From a virus (taxonomy: Duplodnaviria > Heunggongvirae > Uroviricota > Caudoviricetes), in IMG/VR virus record IMGVR_UViG_3300041407_000207, positions 52,090-116,089 of that record: a stretch of DNA of 64,000 nt. One strand, written 5' to 3'. The position numbers were made by a program, and so were the translations under genes. Below, piece after piece: positions 1-7,916 of this stretch; positions within the stretch are counted from its first letter, which is position 1; every line of letters begins with the position of its first letter. Under the pieces are notes generated by a model. That model saw only the letters and a list, made by a program, of their open reading frames with translations. It searched no databases and had not been told where the DNA came from.

Positions 1-11
1 CGGAGCTAATA

Positions 12-863
12 ATGCTTGCTTATGATATGAAAGACATCCTGCTCATCGTCCCCGAAGCCGAGAGCATGACTAAAGAAGCTTCTCTACAAGAAGCATTTCC
101 CGTAGATAATCGTGACTCCGCATTTGCTTCCGGTCTACGCATTGAGTACCTGACTAAGGTTGCCGGTGAAGAAGTCAACTACGCTACTCGTGAAAAAGTA
201 GCTCGTACTTTGGAAGCTTACGGCCTCACCTCTCAGATGGAGAAGATGGCTTCGAAGATCAAGATCTTCGGTGAAGCTGAGAAACGTGCATCTCTCTACA
301 ACGCGGAAGAGACTCTTCACCTTCAAGAAGAAGTCCTTCGCGGTAATCTAGGTTTCCATCAAGATCTCCTCAAGGTAGCCAGTTACGCCGAAGACATCGT
401 CTCTCGATTTAATGGTCAAGAATTCAGCCATGAAACTCAGTTGTATTCAGGCTCCCTTCCTTTCGGTGAATCTGAAGTAGTTAACGCTTTGCAAAAACGT
501 GCCTACGCAACTGGTGATGTTCGGTACAACGACGTCTTGGGCGTAATCGCTGAGTACAGCGTTGAGTGCCTTAATCTCGGTGGTCAAGAGAAACGTGCAA
601 GCGTTGCCAAGACGGTTACTCAACTGGATCAAGAACATTTCTACAACGGTGACTTCTTCAAAGAAGCCTTTGTTAAAGAAGCTTCCTACTACGTAAACCT
701 AGGTGGTAAATCAGTTCCTTGGGAAAAGATCAACAAAGATCACGTCGGTGACGTTCTTGGTAAGGAAGTCTCCGCAGCTCTGACTGGTGACTATGCCAAT
801 GACAAGGCCGTCCTGGAATCTCTTCCACTTGATGAAAAGACTACTCTGGGGAGATTTCTTTGA
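12..863 (+). CDS. hypothetical protein (N-terminus may lie upstream of the window)
   Basis: Long ORF. Translationally coupled to the next ORF (ATGA overlap at 860). No recognisable motif. Confidence 0.4.
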   Translation: MLAYDMKDILLIVPEAESMTKEASLQEAFPVDNRDSAFASGLRIEYLTKVAGEEVNYATREKVARTLEAYGLTSQMEKMASKIKIFGEAEKRASLYNAEETLHLQEEVLRGNLGFHQDLLKVASYAEDIVSRFNGQEFSHETQLYSGSLPFGESEVVNALQKRAYATGDVRYNDVLGVIAEYSVECLNLGGQEKRASVAKTVTQLDQEHFYNGDFFKEAFVKEASYYVNLGGKSVPWEKINKDHVGDVLGKEVSAALTGDYANDKAVLESLPLDEKTTLGRFL

Positions 864-1387
864 TAGATCTAAAAGAACCTACGGAGGCGACGGAGAATAT
901 CCGTCTGCCTACCCTGCTCAAAGTATTGAAGGCTAAGTACGGAGAAGAATGGGTTGACTTGGAAGATGAAACGATCAGCCTAGATATGGGTCTAGGTATG
1001 ACTCAGATCATCCTGGATAAACTGAACGTCCTTCGTATCATCACTCTTGAACCCGAGATGTTCTACCAAGACTTTTTGTTCTTCCTCCACGCCACTGACG
1101 TATTCAATAACGTGGTAGCTGACTTCGATTCTTTCCCAATGCCTAACAGTCTTCAGATTGCGTGGTCTTCGAATGAAATCCACAATATCGTAGATGGCGA
1201 ATTTGATTACGAAGTGAAGACGGGTGTGACGAAGATTCTGAACGAAGAAGGCTTCTCTTCTTGCCCAGGTCCTTTACTGGAAGTTTGTTTCCCAGAGAAC
1301 CTGGTTCCGGGTCAAGAACAAGAAGATCGCGAAGCTAAAAATGAAGCGGTCAGACAATACATTGCTCATATGGAGACTTGGACATGA
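860..1387 (+). CDS. hypothetical protein
   Basis: Start overlaps the previous stop. Acidic protein. Confidence 0.4.
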   Translation: MIDLKEPTEATENIRLPTLLKVLKAKYGEEWVDLEDETISLDMGLGMTQIILDKLNVLRIITLEPEMFYQDFLFFLHATDVFNNVVADFDSFPMPNSLQIAWSSNEIHNIVDGEFDYEVKTGVTKILNEEGFSSCPGPLLEVCFPENLVPGQEQEDREAKNEAVRQYIAHMETWT

Positions 1388-1782
1388 GTACTAGGCAGAT
1401 AGGCCTTGGATCTGAAGCTAGATTTACCATTTCTCTAGCACCCACTACTACTGTGGTTGTCAAAGATGGAGTCATGGTTATTGCATCTGTTGAAGTTCTA
1501 CCCATTACAGGTACGACTGTATATTCTGCGTCCTTTACTCCAGTGGAAACTGGCTACTATGATTTTGTAGTAGACGGTGTAGTAATTGGATCAGTAGACG
1601 TAGTTACTCGGGATGTCTTTTCTTTCCTTCATAACCTGGAAGACCAAGCTCTGGGCGGATGGGAGTGGGACAAGAGTACCAAAGTAATGACTATCTATCG
1701 TCAGGATGGCTCTGTTCTCGGAACGTACACTTCGGATGACACTCTGGAAGCTGCGTATTCTCGACAAACGATTACTCCGTAA
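1378..1782 (+). CDS. hypothetical protein
   Basis: Overlapping start. Followed by a hairpin terminator at 1797-1830. Confidence 0.4.
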   Translation: MDMSTRQIGLGSEARFTISLAPTTTVVVKDGVMVIASVEVLPITGTTVYSASFTPVETGYYDFVVDGVVIGSVDVVTRDVFSFLHNLEDQALGGWEWDKSTKVMTIYRQDGSVLGTYTSDDTLEAAYSRQTITP

Positions 1783-1796
1783 TCTCAGAAAGTCTA

Positions 1797-1830
1797 AAAA
1801 AAGCCAGGGAATTAACCTGGCTTTTTTTAT
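1797..1830. terminator. bidirectional rho-independent terminator between convergent genes
   Basis: aaaaaaa-GCCAGG-gaattaa-CCTGGC-ttttttt; a GC stem flanked by an A-run and a T-run. Confidence 0.6.
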
Positions 1831-1839
1831 TGCGGTGAA

Positions 1840-3096
1840 TCAGTCTTCGTCAGCAGCCGCTTCAGTTTCTGGAAGTGCTGCCGCCGCAGTAGCACGGGCA
1901 TTCAACGCTTCGGTTTCCGCTTGCATTTCTGCAAGGATACGTTCAGCGATCTCATACGTACGACGATCTTCTTCGGAAGCTTCCGGAATCTGGAAGCCGG
2001 TATTCCACATTTCGATGAACGCCGGAGTGTAGAAGTCCGGGTAGTCCGCCTGGAAGATCAGGGACGGGACAAACTTGCTGCCCAGACTTGAACTGATCAT
2101 CTTCGCAGTTTCATAACGAACAGGGTTGTTGGAGAGCATTTCGTCTTCCAACGAAGAGCTCAGTTCGGTGAATACTGCATCCATGGTGCTGGAATTGGCC
2201 AACAGACTACTACGGATGGCTTCCGCAAACTGATTGACATCACGGCTTCGACCAGTAGTTTTCCACGGAGCAGCTCGTCTCAGGACTTCATTAATCGAGA
2301 TCGGGTCGTAGCTGGTACCGTTGAACAGATCGAAGCTGGTACGCCATGAACGAACCGGTTTGCCCATGAGGAAGTTCTGAGCGTAAGCGATTACCTGAGC
2401 AGCCATCAGGTTGTTGATCGCCAGAGTCTGATCGAGATCAGCACACGAACGAGTCGATTCGCCATCGAGCATTTCCGCGTAGTACGCGATATCGATAGGC
2501 AACTCGCTCAACACAGTATCGCCCGGCAGGTAGCCTTGATACCAGTTGTAGATGAACTCCAGATCTTTGGCCGAAGCCGCGTTGATCTTGCCCGTGGTAA
2601 AGAAGCTTACCTGGCCGAAGATGTCTTCGTTACCTGCGTCAATCACTACGCTGGAGTTAGGCTGACCAGCCTGAGTAGACAAACCGGATTTGAGAATCGC
2701 ACGACGAGCTGAGGCGCTATCTACGGCCAGTACGTAAAGAGTTGGACCAGTGAGACGCTCGCGAAGGTTGAACATCTCCAGCGCTTCCAGGTACTCGTCT
2801 GTACCGGCAGCCAAGGTGATGGGCGTGATCTTCAGATCGTAAGCTTTGCTGTAGCGGGCAGCCAAGGCCTGAGCCTTGTTTTTACCGACGTCTGATTTTG
2901 CGAAATTCTGACGGCTGAGATTCTTCTCCTCAACTTCGTCGAAGTCGACCAATACCATTTCAGGCATGATCAACGTAGTGAGTGTGGACATCAGTTGTGC
3001 AATCGCCGGAATCAGGCGAGAACCCGTACCACCACAACCAAAGATCACTACGGTCTGTGGGATGTATGGGAGTTGGAACGTTAAATTTGTAGACAT
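1840..3096 (-). CDS. E1-like ThiF/MoeB-family adenylyltransferase (ubiquitin-activating-like), 418 aa
   Basis: N-terminal Rossmann motif VVIFGCGGTGSRL. The ThiF signature LVDFDEVEEKNLSRQ. Later C-x-DLDQTLAINNL...FLMG. AGGAG ribosome-binding site 10 nt before the ATG. Extra C-terminal extension of about 150 aa. Confidence 0.8.
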   Translation of the reverse strand: MSTNLTFQLPYIPQTVVIFGCGGTGSRLIPAIAQLMSTLTTLIMPEMVLVDFDEVEEKNLSRQNFAKSDVGKNKAQALAARYSKAYDLKITPITLAAGTDEYLEALEMFNLRERLTGPTLYVLAVDSASARRAILKSGLSTQAGQPNSSVVIDAGNEDIFGQVSFFTTGKINAASAKDLEFIYNWYQGYLPGDTVLSELPIDIAYYAEMLDGESTRSCADLDQTLAINNLMAAQVIAYAQNFLMGKPVRSWRTSFDLFNGTSYDPISINEVLRRAAPWKTTGRSRDVNQFAEAIRSSLLANSSTMDAVFTELSSSLEDEMLSNNPVRYETAKMISSSLGSKFVPSLIFQADYPDFYTPAFIEMWNTGFQIPEASEEDRRTYEIAERILAEMQAETEALNARATAAAALPETEAAADED

Positions 3097-3152
3097 GTTG
3101 AGCCTCTCCTGAAAGACAAAAGGGTAGGAAGGAAATCTCCTCTCTACCCTTG

Positions 3153-3160
3153 TTATACCA
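3153..3160 (-). promoter_or_regulatory. extended -10 box TGGTATAAC (minus-strand reading)
   Basis: Member of the conserved cTGGTATAA(C/G) family upstream of minus-strand units. Lies in the 85-aa gene/E1 gene junction. Confidence 0.4.
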
Positions 3161-3161
3161 A

Positions 3162-3419
3162 CTACAAGCCTTGTTCTGCGAGTCGTGCTTTACCCGGAAC
3201 ACTGAGCTCGTCATGAGCCTTGCGGATTATCTCCAACAACCAATCATCTTGGTTTTGATCCGAAAGGACTTCGATGCAGTTGAGGCCGACTGCGTACGCC
3301 ATGGCTACATCGGTGCCCTCTACTTCTTCGACGACGGTGAAGTCGTCTTGTCTCGAGAACTCGATAAGCGGCATGATCGCTTTACGCAGTTCAGCCTCGT
3401 CGTACATCTCATCGCTCAT
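3162..3419 (-). CDS. small acidic hypothetical protein, 85 aa, between the JAB and E1 genes
   Basis: AGGAG ribosome-binding site 7 nt upstream. Same polarity as the operon. The opposite-strand ORF 3150-3425 was judged spurious. Confidence 0.45.
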   Translation of the reverse strand: MSDEMYDEAELRKAIMPLIEFSRQDDFTVVEEVEGTDVAMAYAVGLNCIEVLSDQNQDDWLLEIIRKAHDELSVPGKARLAEQGL

Positions 3420-3469
3420 GAATAGCTCCTGAGGATCGTAGTCAAGCGGAAGTGCTTTGTTTAGGAACC

Positions 3470-4522
3470 CTACTTCTCCGACCCATCCAAATCTTTCAGC
3501 TTCCTCTGAAGACGAGTCGAACCCGGAACCATTCGTTTGCCTTTGCGAGATTGGCGCCCCGATACCTGCGGGCGCTGCGGAAAAGGGAGGAAAGAGTCCT
3601 CCTCAGTTCCGCTACACGGAAAAGGGAAACCAAACTGATTCAGCACCTCCGTATCGTCAGCGCTCAAACCTACAGATTCCAAAGCCATCGAGCCATTATT
3701 TCCGCGAAAGCTTTCGTTGGCTACTACCCGACCTCCGGGCGTTGTAGTGGTACTTCTGTTAGCACCACCCCCAGTGGTCCCGGCCCCACTCGTATTCTGG
3801 GAATACAGAGGACGGGTGTTGTACGTCGGGGCTACATACTGCTGCTTTTTTACCTGTGCCAACCATTCGGCGGGCACCTCCGTGGTTTCATAGGTTTCGA
3901 AAATCAACTCCGGAGGAAGTGGATTGATCTTCATATTGCCAGGCAGGTTGAATCGGAAAACCTTGTCGCAGGTAGTGCTCAGCTTGCCGATTACGCCAGA
4001 AACGTAGCAGTTGCCACGGTCGTCGCTGTCATCGGTACCGCTGAAGAATGCACCCATATCGTTGTGACTATGGATGTCCAGGACGATTACGTCTTCCGAG
4101 GTCAGGAACCCAGCCCAGTTGTAGTTAACCGCACCCGCCGAAACAGTCTGCTCAGGGATTCGAACATGGTAGCCCTGGGTAGGGTTCCAGATTACGAAAG
4201 CCATAGCTTCGAGCTTGGCGCCTTTGTGTTCGATCATTACCTGCTTGAAGAATTGCTCGATCTGGTGCAGGAACTTGATAGGGATCTTGCCCGCAGGAAA
4301 GAACGAATTGGTGTCCTGCTTGCAGTCCATCAGCTCAACTTCTTTCGGAGGAGTCGGGCAGGGAACTGTAACCGAACGACCGTGAGTCAAGTTGGTACGA
4401 CGGAAACAGCCGTTACCGCTGATGATGTAGATTTCTGCGAAGTTTTCGGAGATGGCCTCGTCGAGGTCAGTCTTCGTATCAACTACGCAAGAGAAGTACG
4501 GGAGAATAATTCGTTTGGTCAT
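3470..4522 (-). CDS. JAB/MPN (JAMM) metalloprotease domain protein, 350 aa, with a low-complexity G/T-rich C-terminal tail
   Basis: Exact JAMM motif H151-S-H153-x7-S161-x2-D164 (LDIHSHNDMGAFFSGTDDSDD). Upstream Glu (IPEQ). AAGGA ribosome-binding site. Confidence 0.8.
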   Translation of the reverse strand: MTKRIILPYFSCVVDTKTDLDEAISENFAEIYIISGNGCFRRTNLTHGRSVTVPCPTPPKEVELMDCKQDTNSFFPAGKIPIKFLHQIEQFFKQVMIEHKGAKLEAMAFVIWNPTQGYHVRIPEQTVSAGAVNYNWAGFLTSEDVIVLDIHSHNDMGAFFSGTDDSDDRGNCYVSGVIGKLSTTCDKVFRFNLPGNMKINPLPPELIFETYETTEVPAEWLAQVKKQQYVAPTYNTRPLYSQNTSGAGTTGGGANRSTTTTPGGRVVANESFRGNNGSMALESVGLSADDTEVLNQFGFPFPCSGTEEDSFLPFPQRPQVSGRQSRKGKRMVPGSTRLQRKLKDLDGSEK

Positions 4523-4532
4523 GATTCAATCC

Positions 4533-5315
4533 TTAGTAGGAAACCAGTTCGTAAGGGAAACGTTTTTCTTCTTTGTAGACTTCCGCAAGTTTCTTGAACC
4601 AGCTGGAGTGGCTACTGGAGTCAAACCTGACGTTCATCAGGCGAAGGTCATTGTTGAACGGAGAGTTCGCCAAGACCTGGTAGTACGCCTGGAAAATACG
4701 GAGATCACCACCTTCAACCATGTTGAACATCTGGTTCCCACCCATGCACAACGTGTAGTTGTCATAGCAGTTCGGGAAAGGCATGTAGTTGAAGATGCCT
4801 GACAGCCGACCTGGAATAACCATCGGTAGATCATCACGAGCAACAGGAGTCGAATAGTAATAAGCGTGAGCTACCTCGTGCTTCATACCGTTGTTCGAAA
4901 CCTTGAGGACCAGATGGATCACGATGTTAGGCATCATGATCTCATACTGATTCGTTTTGCTGCTGTTGATGTGAGTCAACGTTACTGGCCGCTCTGGGTA
5001 GTAAAGAGCGAGGTTGAGATTGTTACCTGCATACGCAGTCAGGTAGCAGCCTTCTGGCAGTCGCAGAGTTTCTGCACGGGAGTAGTTGAGAACTCCCTGT
5101 GCAGATTCCGCTAAAACTGCCACGAGATCTTTGATTGAGACTGGCTTTGCGAGACTGGACCCGTGACGCGTGATATGGGCACAGTCATCGAAAAGTTCAA
5201 TCTTCATTACTGGATTGGACATTGAGCCTCCGAGTGCTAAATATTCTTCTGCACTTTGCTTATACCAAAAAGGTGTGCAGTACTTAAATGAAGTCGTCTT
5301 CGTCGTCGTTCCCAC
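4533..5315 (-). CDS. hypothetical protein, 260 aa; possible degenerate E2/UBC-like fold
   Basis: GTG start. Segment NYMPFPNCYDNYTLCMGG has the P-N-x7-C spacing of the E2 HPN...Cys active-site loop (F replaces H). Weak evidence. Confidence 0.45.
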   Translation of the reverse strand: MGTTTKTTSFKYCTPFWYKQSAEEYLALGGSMSNPVMKIELFDDCAHITRHGSSLAKPVSIKDLVAVLAESAQGVLNYSRAETLRLPEGCYLTAYAGNNLNLALYYPERPVTLTHINSSKTNQYEIMMPNIVIHLVLKVSNNGMKHEVAHAYYYSTPVARDDLPMVIPGRLSGIFNYMPFPNCYDNYTLCMGGNQMFNMVEGGDLRIFQAYYQVLANSPFNNDLRLMNVRFDSSSHSSWFKKLAEVYKEEKRFPYELVSY

Positions 5316-5778
5316 TTGCCTGGATAAACACAGGAGCCGTGTTTACGCTGCGAGTAAGAATCCGAGTATCGATAATTCCGTTCCCAGAACGAGCACGGCT
5401 TGAACCATTACCCACTACTCGTTCATGATTGGTGCGATACTGAGTAGTAGCGGCCTCGAGAGCCCCAATCTTCAGTATCATTCCTTCCAAGTATTCCCGG
5501 GTTAATTCGTCGGGAAGAGTATTGAAACTTTCACCGAGGCCAGGAGGAAACACTTCGTGACTTCCGGAGATAGTCCCTTCGTTCCAGTAATTCTCGCAGG
5601 AGAATTCGACGCCCATGGCTTCATGAACTTTTCGAATGTAATCGATCATGTTCTGAAACCCTTCTGAAGAAGGGGCATTCGATTTACACTCAGCAAACAA
5701 CATCTCGCAAGCTTCACCAAAAGTGAGGCCTGCAAAACGATCTACGGGTTCTTCAATTACGACCTGGGCTGCGTCCAT
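5284..5778 (-). CDS. hypothetical protein, 164 aa
   Basis: Overlapping start/stop with its neighbours (operon packing). Acidic C-terminus. Confidence 0.45.
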   Translation of the reverse strand: MDAAQVVIEEPVDRFAGLTFGEACEMLFAECKSNAPSSEGFQNMIDYIRKVHEAMGVEFSCENYWNEGTISGSHEVFPPGLGESFNTLPDELTREYLEGMILKIGALEAATTQYRTNHERVVGNGSSRARSGNGIIDTRILTRSVNTAPVFIQASGNDDEDDFI

Positions 5779-6677
5779 TTGTATTCTCCGGAAGAGCCTG
5801 ATGTTTGTGTGAAGGGAAGCTTGTCGCCGCTAGCAATTACGCTATAGACGTTACGATCCGAGTAGAGATCTTTGTTATTCCCGTGGAAGTTTTGATCGTA
5901 TTCCGTAAGAACACGCCAATCTCGAAAATTAACTTTTCGATTGAAATTAACGATTGGAAACTTCGGGTCTTCGCCCCAAGTACCATCATGACTTCGAATT
6001 TTCCGAGTCAGCGTGCTCAGGACTTTATTGACGCCATTGACTACTTGACCGATATCCATGGTGCGGAGGATAGCTTTCAAAGTACCGACGTTACCGTCAA
6101 ATCTTCCGCCGAGATCGTTAGCGAACTGCTCGCGAACTCGAATACACATTCCATGGATGTTTTCGCCCACGACGGCAGAGGAGTTATCGAGAGTAGCTAC
6201 CCGGCTGTTGAAGCTGTTGCCGGATCCAATGCGGATGTCGAAGAAGCCCGGATACTTCCGGAGTAGTCGGCCCAAGTAACGAATCACTGCGCCGTCTGCC
6301 GGGAGGAAGAAAACTACTTCAGAAAGACCGTTTATTTCGGTCGCTGGAATAGGCCCATTGAAGCCTTGAAGATCTACCGACGCCCAATCGTGCAGAGCTT
6401 TAAAGTAAATACTCCGGAAATCGTTAGCTCCACGGGGAGCAGAAACGGTGCCTCGAGTAGGTACCTTCATACGGTGGAAAATTTCGGTGAACATAGTACC
6501 GAGACGGCTATTGAGCAAAGCCCAGGTATTATGGCTAACGGGCTGGAACGGGGTGTACTGGTTGTTAGACAACGCCTGTGCTCGACGAGAGATCGTTCGA
6601 TTTCGATTGGCGTTGGCAATCAATTGAGTCTGAGTATTATCAATCAGAACGTTTCCGTTCTCATCAAAAGCATACAT
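5757..6677 (-). CDS. hypothetical protein, 306 aa
   Basis: Long ORF in operon polarity. Begins just downstream of the terminator at 6706-6735. Confidence 0.5.
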   Translation of the reverse strand: MYAFDENGNVLIDNTQTQLIANANRNRTISRRAQALSNNQYTPFQPVSHNTWALLNSRLGTMFTEIFHRMKVPTRGTVSAPRGANDFRSIYFKALHDWASVDLQGFNGPIPATEINGLSEVVFFLPADGAVIRYLGRLLRKYPGFFDIRIGSGNSFNSRVATLDNSSAVVGENIHGMCIRVREQFANDLGGRFDGNVGTLKAILRTMDIGQVVNGVNKVLSTLTRKIRSHDGTWGEDPKFPIVNFNRKVNFRDWRVLTEYDQNFHGNNKDLYSDRNVYSVIASGDKLPFTQTSGSSGEYKWTQPRS

Positions 6678-6705
6678 GATGGAGCCTCCTCCAAATGACT
6701 AAAAG

Positions 6706-6735
6706 AAAAGCCTCCACTAGGGAGGCTTTTTTTGG
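6706..6735. terminator. bidirectional hairpin terminator / attenuator between the 66-aa gene and the 306-aa gene
   Basis: aaagAAGCCTCC-actag-GGAGGCTTttttt; T-runs on both strands. Confidence 0.55.
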
Positions 6736-6789
6736 CTTGAGGAAAGCTAAGACTAAGTCCTAGCTTTCACTCTTGCCGACCGGGCTGGA

Positions 6790-6990
6790 TTAGCAGCCTT
6801 TGGTGCCGACGCGTGCAGCGAAGGTGATGGTACGTTCTTCGCCAGAATCGACGCTGGTGCCGTCCATGCTGTTGATGGCCGGAACGCTCGAACCGTACAT
6901 GCTTTTCACTGCTTCGACCGTTTGAGCACCTGGCAGGGTGAAGGTCTGACCGGTGGTGCTGATAACGATTTTGGTAGTGTTGATAGCCAT
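6790..6990 (-). CDS. small protein, 66 aa; candidate beta-grasp (ThiS/MoaD/ubiquitin-like) with a non-canonical C-terminus ...RVGTKGC
   Basis: AGGAG ribosome-binding site 9 nt upstream and own promoter box at 7054-7061. Length and hydrophobic/Gly pattern (INSMDG...ERTITFAARVGtkgc) parallel ThiS (...DGD.I.I...VGGG). Followed by a terminator, suggesting high expression relative to the enzymes. Confidence 0.45.
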   Translation of the reverse strand: MAINTTKIVISTTGQTFTLPGAQTVEAVKSMYGSSVPAINSMDGTSVDSGEERTITFAARVGTKGC

Positions 6991-7053
6991 GGATGAAACT
7001 CCTAATGCATTTGGGATTTTTAGCTAAAGAGATAGTTCTCTCTCGCACTATTG

Positions 7054-7061
7054 TTATACCA
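7054..7061 (-). promoter_or_regulatory. extended -10 promoter TGGTATAACAATAGTGCGAGAGAG (minus strand)
   Basis: The near-identical 24-mer recurs at 42490-42512 upstream of the non-coding RNA locus. Confidence 0.55.
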
Positions 7062-7153
7062 GACATTCACTAAATATTGAAATTTATTAGCCTAAAAAGA
7101 GCTGCGCGGAGTTTAAAGGCTCTATATCAATGCTTTCAGAGTGGCGTCTTTGG

Positions 7154-7648
7154 TCTAGACAAATCTTGTCTACGGATAAGTGCTTGATTTCATTGGGTTT
7201 AGTCAAAGTTTAGACAAAGTAGACAAAAGCTGTCTAGAGTTTGTCTACGGCTCAAACCCACGGTCCGTAAGGCCTGCAGGGGTGCGCTAGACAAAATGAC
7301 AAGATTTTTCTCTGCACATGCACTCAGAGTGTGGATTTGTCACCTCAAGAAAATAAATCAGATCCATGACAACACCCCCCCTTTTGTCTACCAGCACATG
7401 AGTATATTTATAAATATATTTATATATATATATGTAGGTAGGAGTTTCAAATCTTTTATGTGGGGTTTACAAGCTTTGAGTGCATGTGAAACTTCAAATC
7501 TTGTCATTTTGTCTAGCGCAGGATTCAAAGCCATACAGGACGTGGCCTGCAGCCCTAGACAAACCTTAGACAGCTTTTGTCTATTTTGTCTAGATTCTGA
7601 CGAAGCCCAATGAATACGGGTACTTGGCCGTAGACAAGATTTGTCTAG
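7154..7648. repeat. nested inverted-repeat region built from TAGACA/TGTCTA hexamers around an AT-rich core
   Basis: Outer inverted repeat 7154-7175 / 7627-7648 (22 bp). Middle 7220-7239 / 7566-7582. Inner 7284-7306 / 7496-7518 (23 bp). About 15 hexamer copies. Centre 7396-7432 is (TA)n-rich. Confidence 0.7.
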
Positions 7649-7855
7649 AGGATTTAGTCCATGCTGAAACTATTGAGTTAGAGCCTTCAAATGCCGCGCA
7701 GGCTCTAGAACGTTGCTTGTAGGAGTCGTGCCCTTAAGGTCTCTTCAGAATACCTCTTCGTAAGTACGTAGGAGCTCCTGAGAGCCTGCAGGAGACCCGA
7801 TCTACTGCCGACCTACCCAACGGTACTGATTACTTACTAACGGGGCTTATAGAGC

Positions 7856-7894
7856 CTCTCGATAGCTCAGCAGAGTAAACTACTCTCGATAGCT
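7856..7894 (+). repeat. 12-bp direct repeat CTCTCGATAGCT x2 flanking CAGAGTAAACTA
   Basis: Copies at 7856-7867 and 7883-7894, 50 bp upstream of the terminase start. Confidence 0.6.
7871..7882 (+). promoter_or_regulatory. candidate late-promoter element CAGAGTAAACTA
   Basis: Identical 12-mer at 51410-51421 upstream of the other isolated plus-strand fibre gene. Confidence 0.4.
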
Positions 7895-7901
7895 ACCAGG
7901 C

Positions 7902-7911
7902 CTTTAAACTG
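7902..7911 (+). promoter_or_regulatory. candidate late-promoter / leader element CTTTAAACTG
   Basis: Identical 10-mer at 57431-57440 upstream of phoH. The related TTAAACT occurs at 58272-58278. Confidence 0.35.
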
Positions 7912-7916
7912 AGATT

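Noticed and set aside
3452-4597. 381-aa plus-strand ORF (and 3457-3747) antisense to the JAB gene
   Set aside because: The minus-strand frame carries an exact JAMM motif and sits in operon polarity with ribosome-binding sites. The antisense ORF is low-complexity Arg/Ser-rich, typical of spurious reverse-frame ORFs.
1840-6990. Interpreting the E1/JAB/beta-grasp set as a thiamine, molybdopterin or cysteine sulfur-carrier pathway
   Set aside because: No ThiG/ThiH, MoaE, CysM, PP-loop ATPase or rhodanese partner is present in the operon. The beta-grasp candidate lacks a GG terminus. Kept only as an alternative in the finding.
7296-7613. 105-aa ORF inside the nested inverted-repeat region
   Set aside because: Spans the (TA)n tract and the repeat arms. 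No ribosome-binding site. Composition driven by the repeats.
7154-7648. Possible CRISPR array, because of the repeated TAGACA units
   Set aside because: Units are 6-22 bp, irregularly spaced and arranged as inverted rather than direct repeats. There are no spacer-like unique blocks of constant length.
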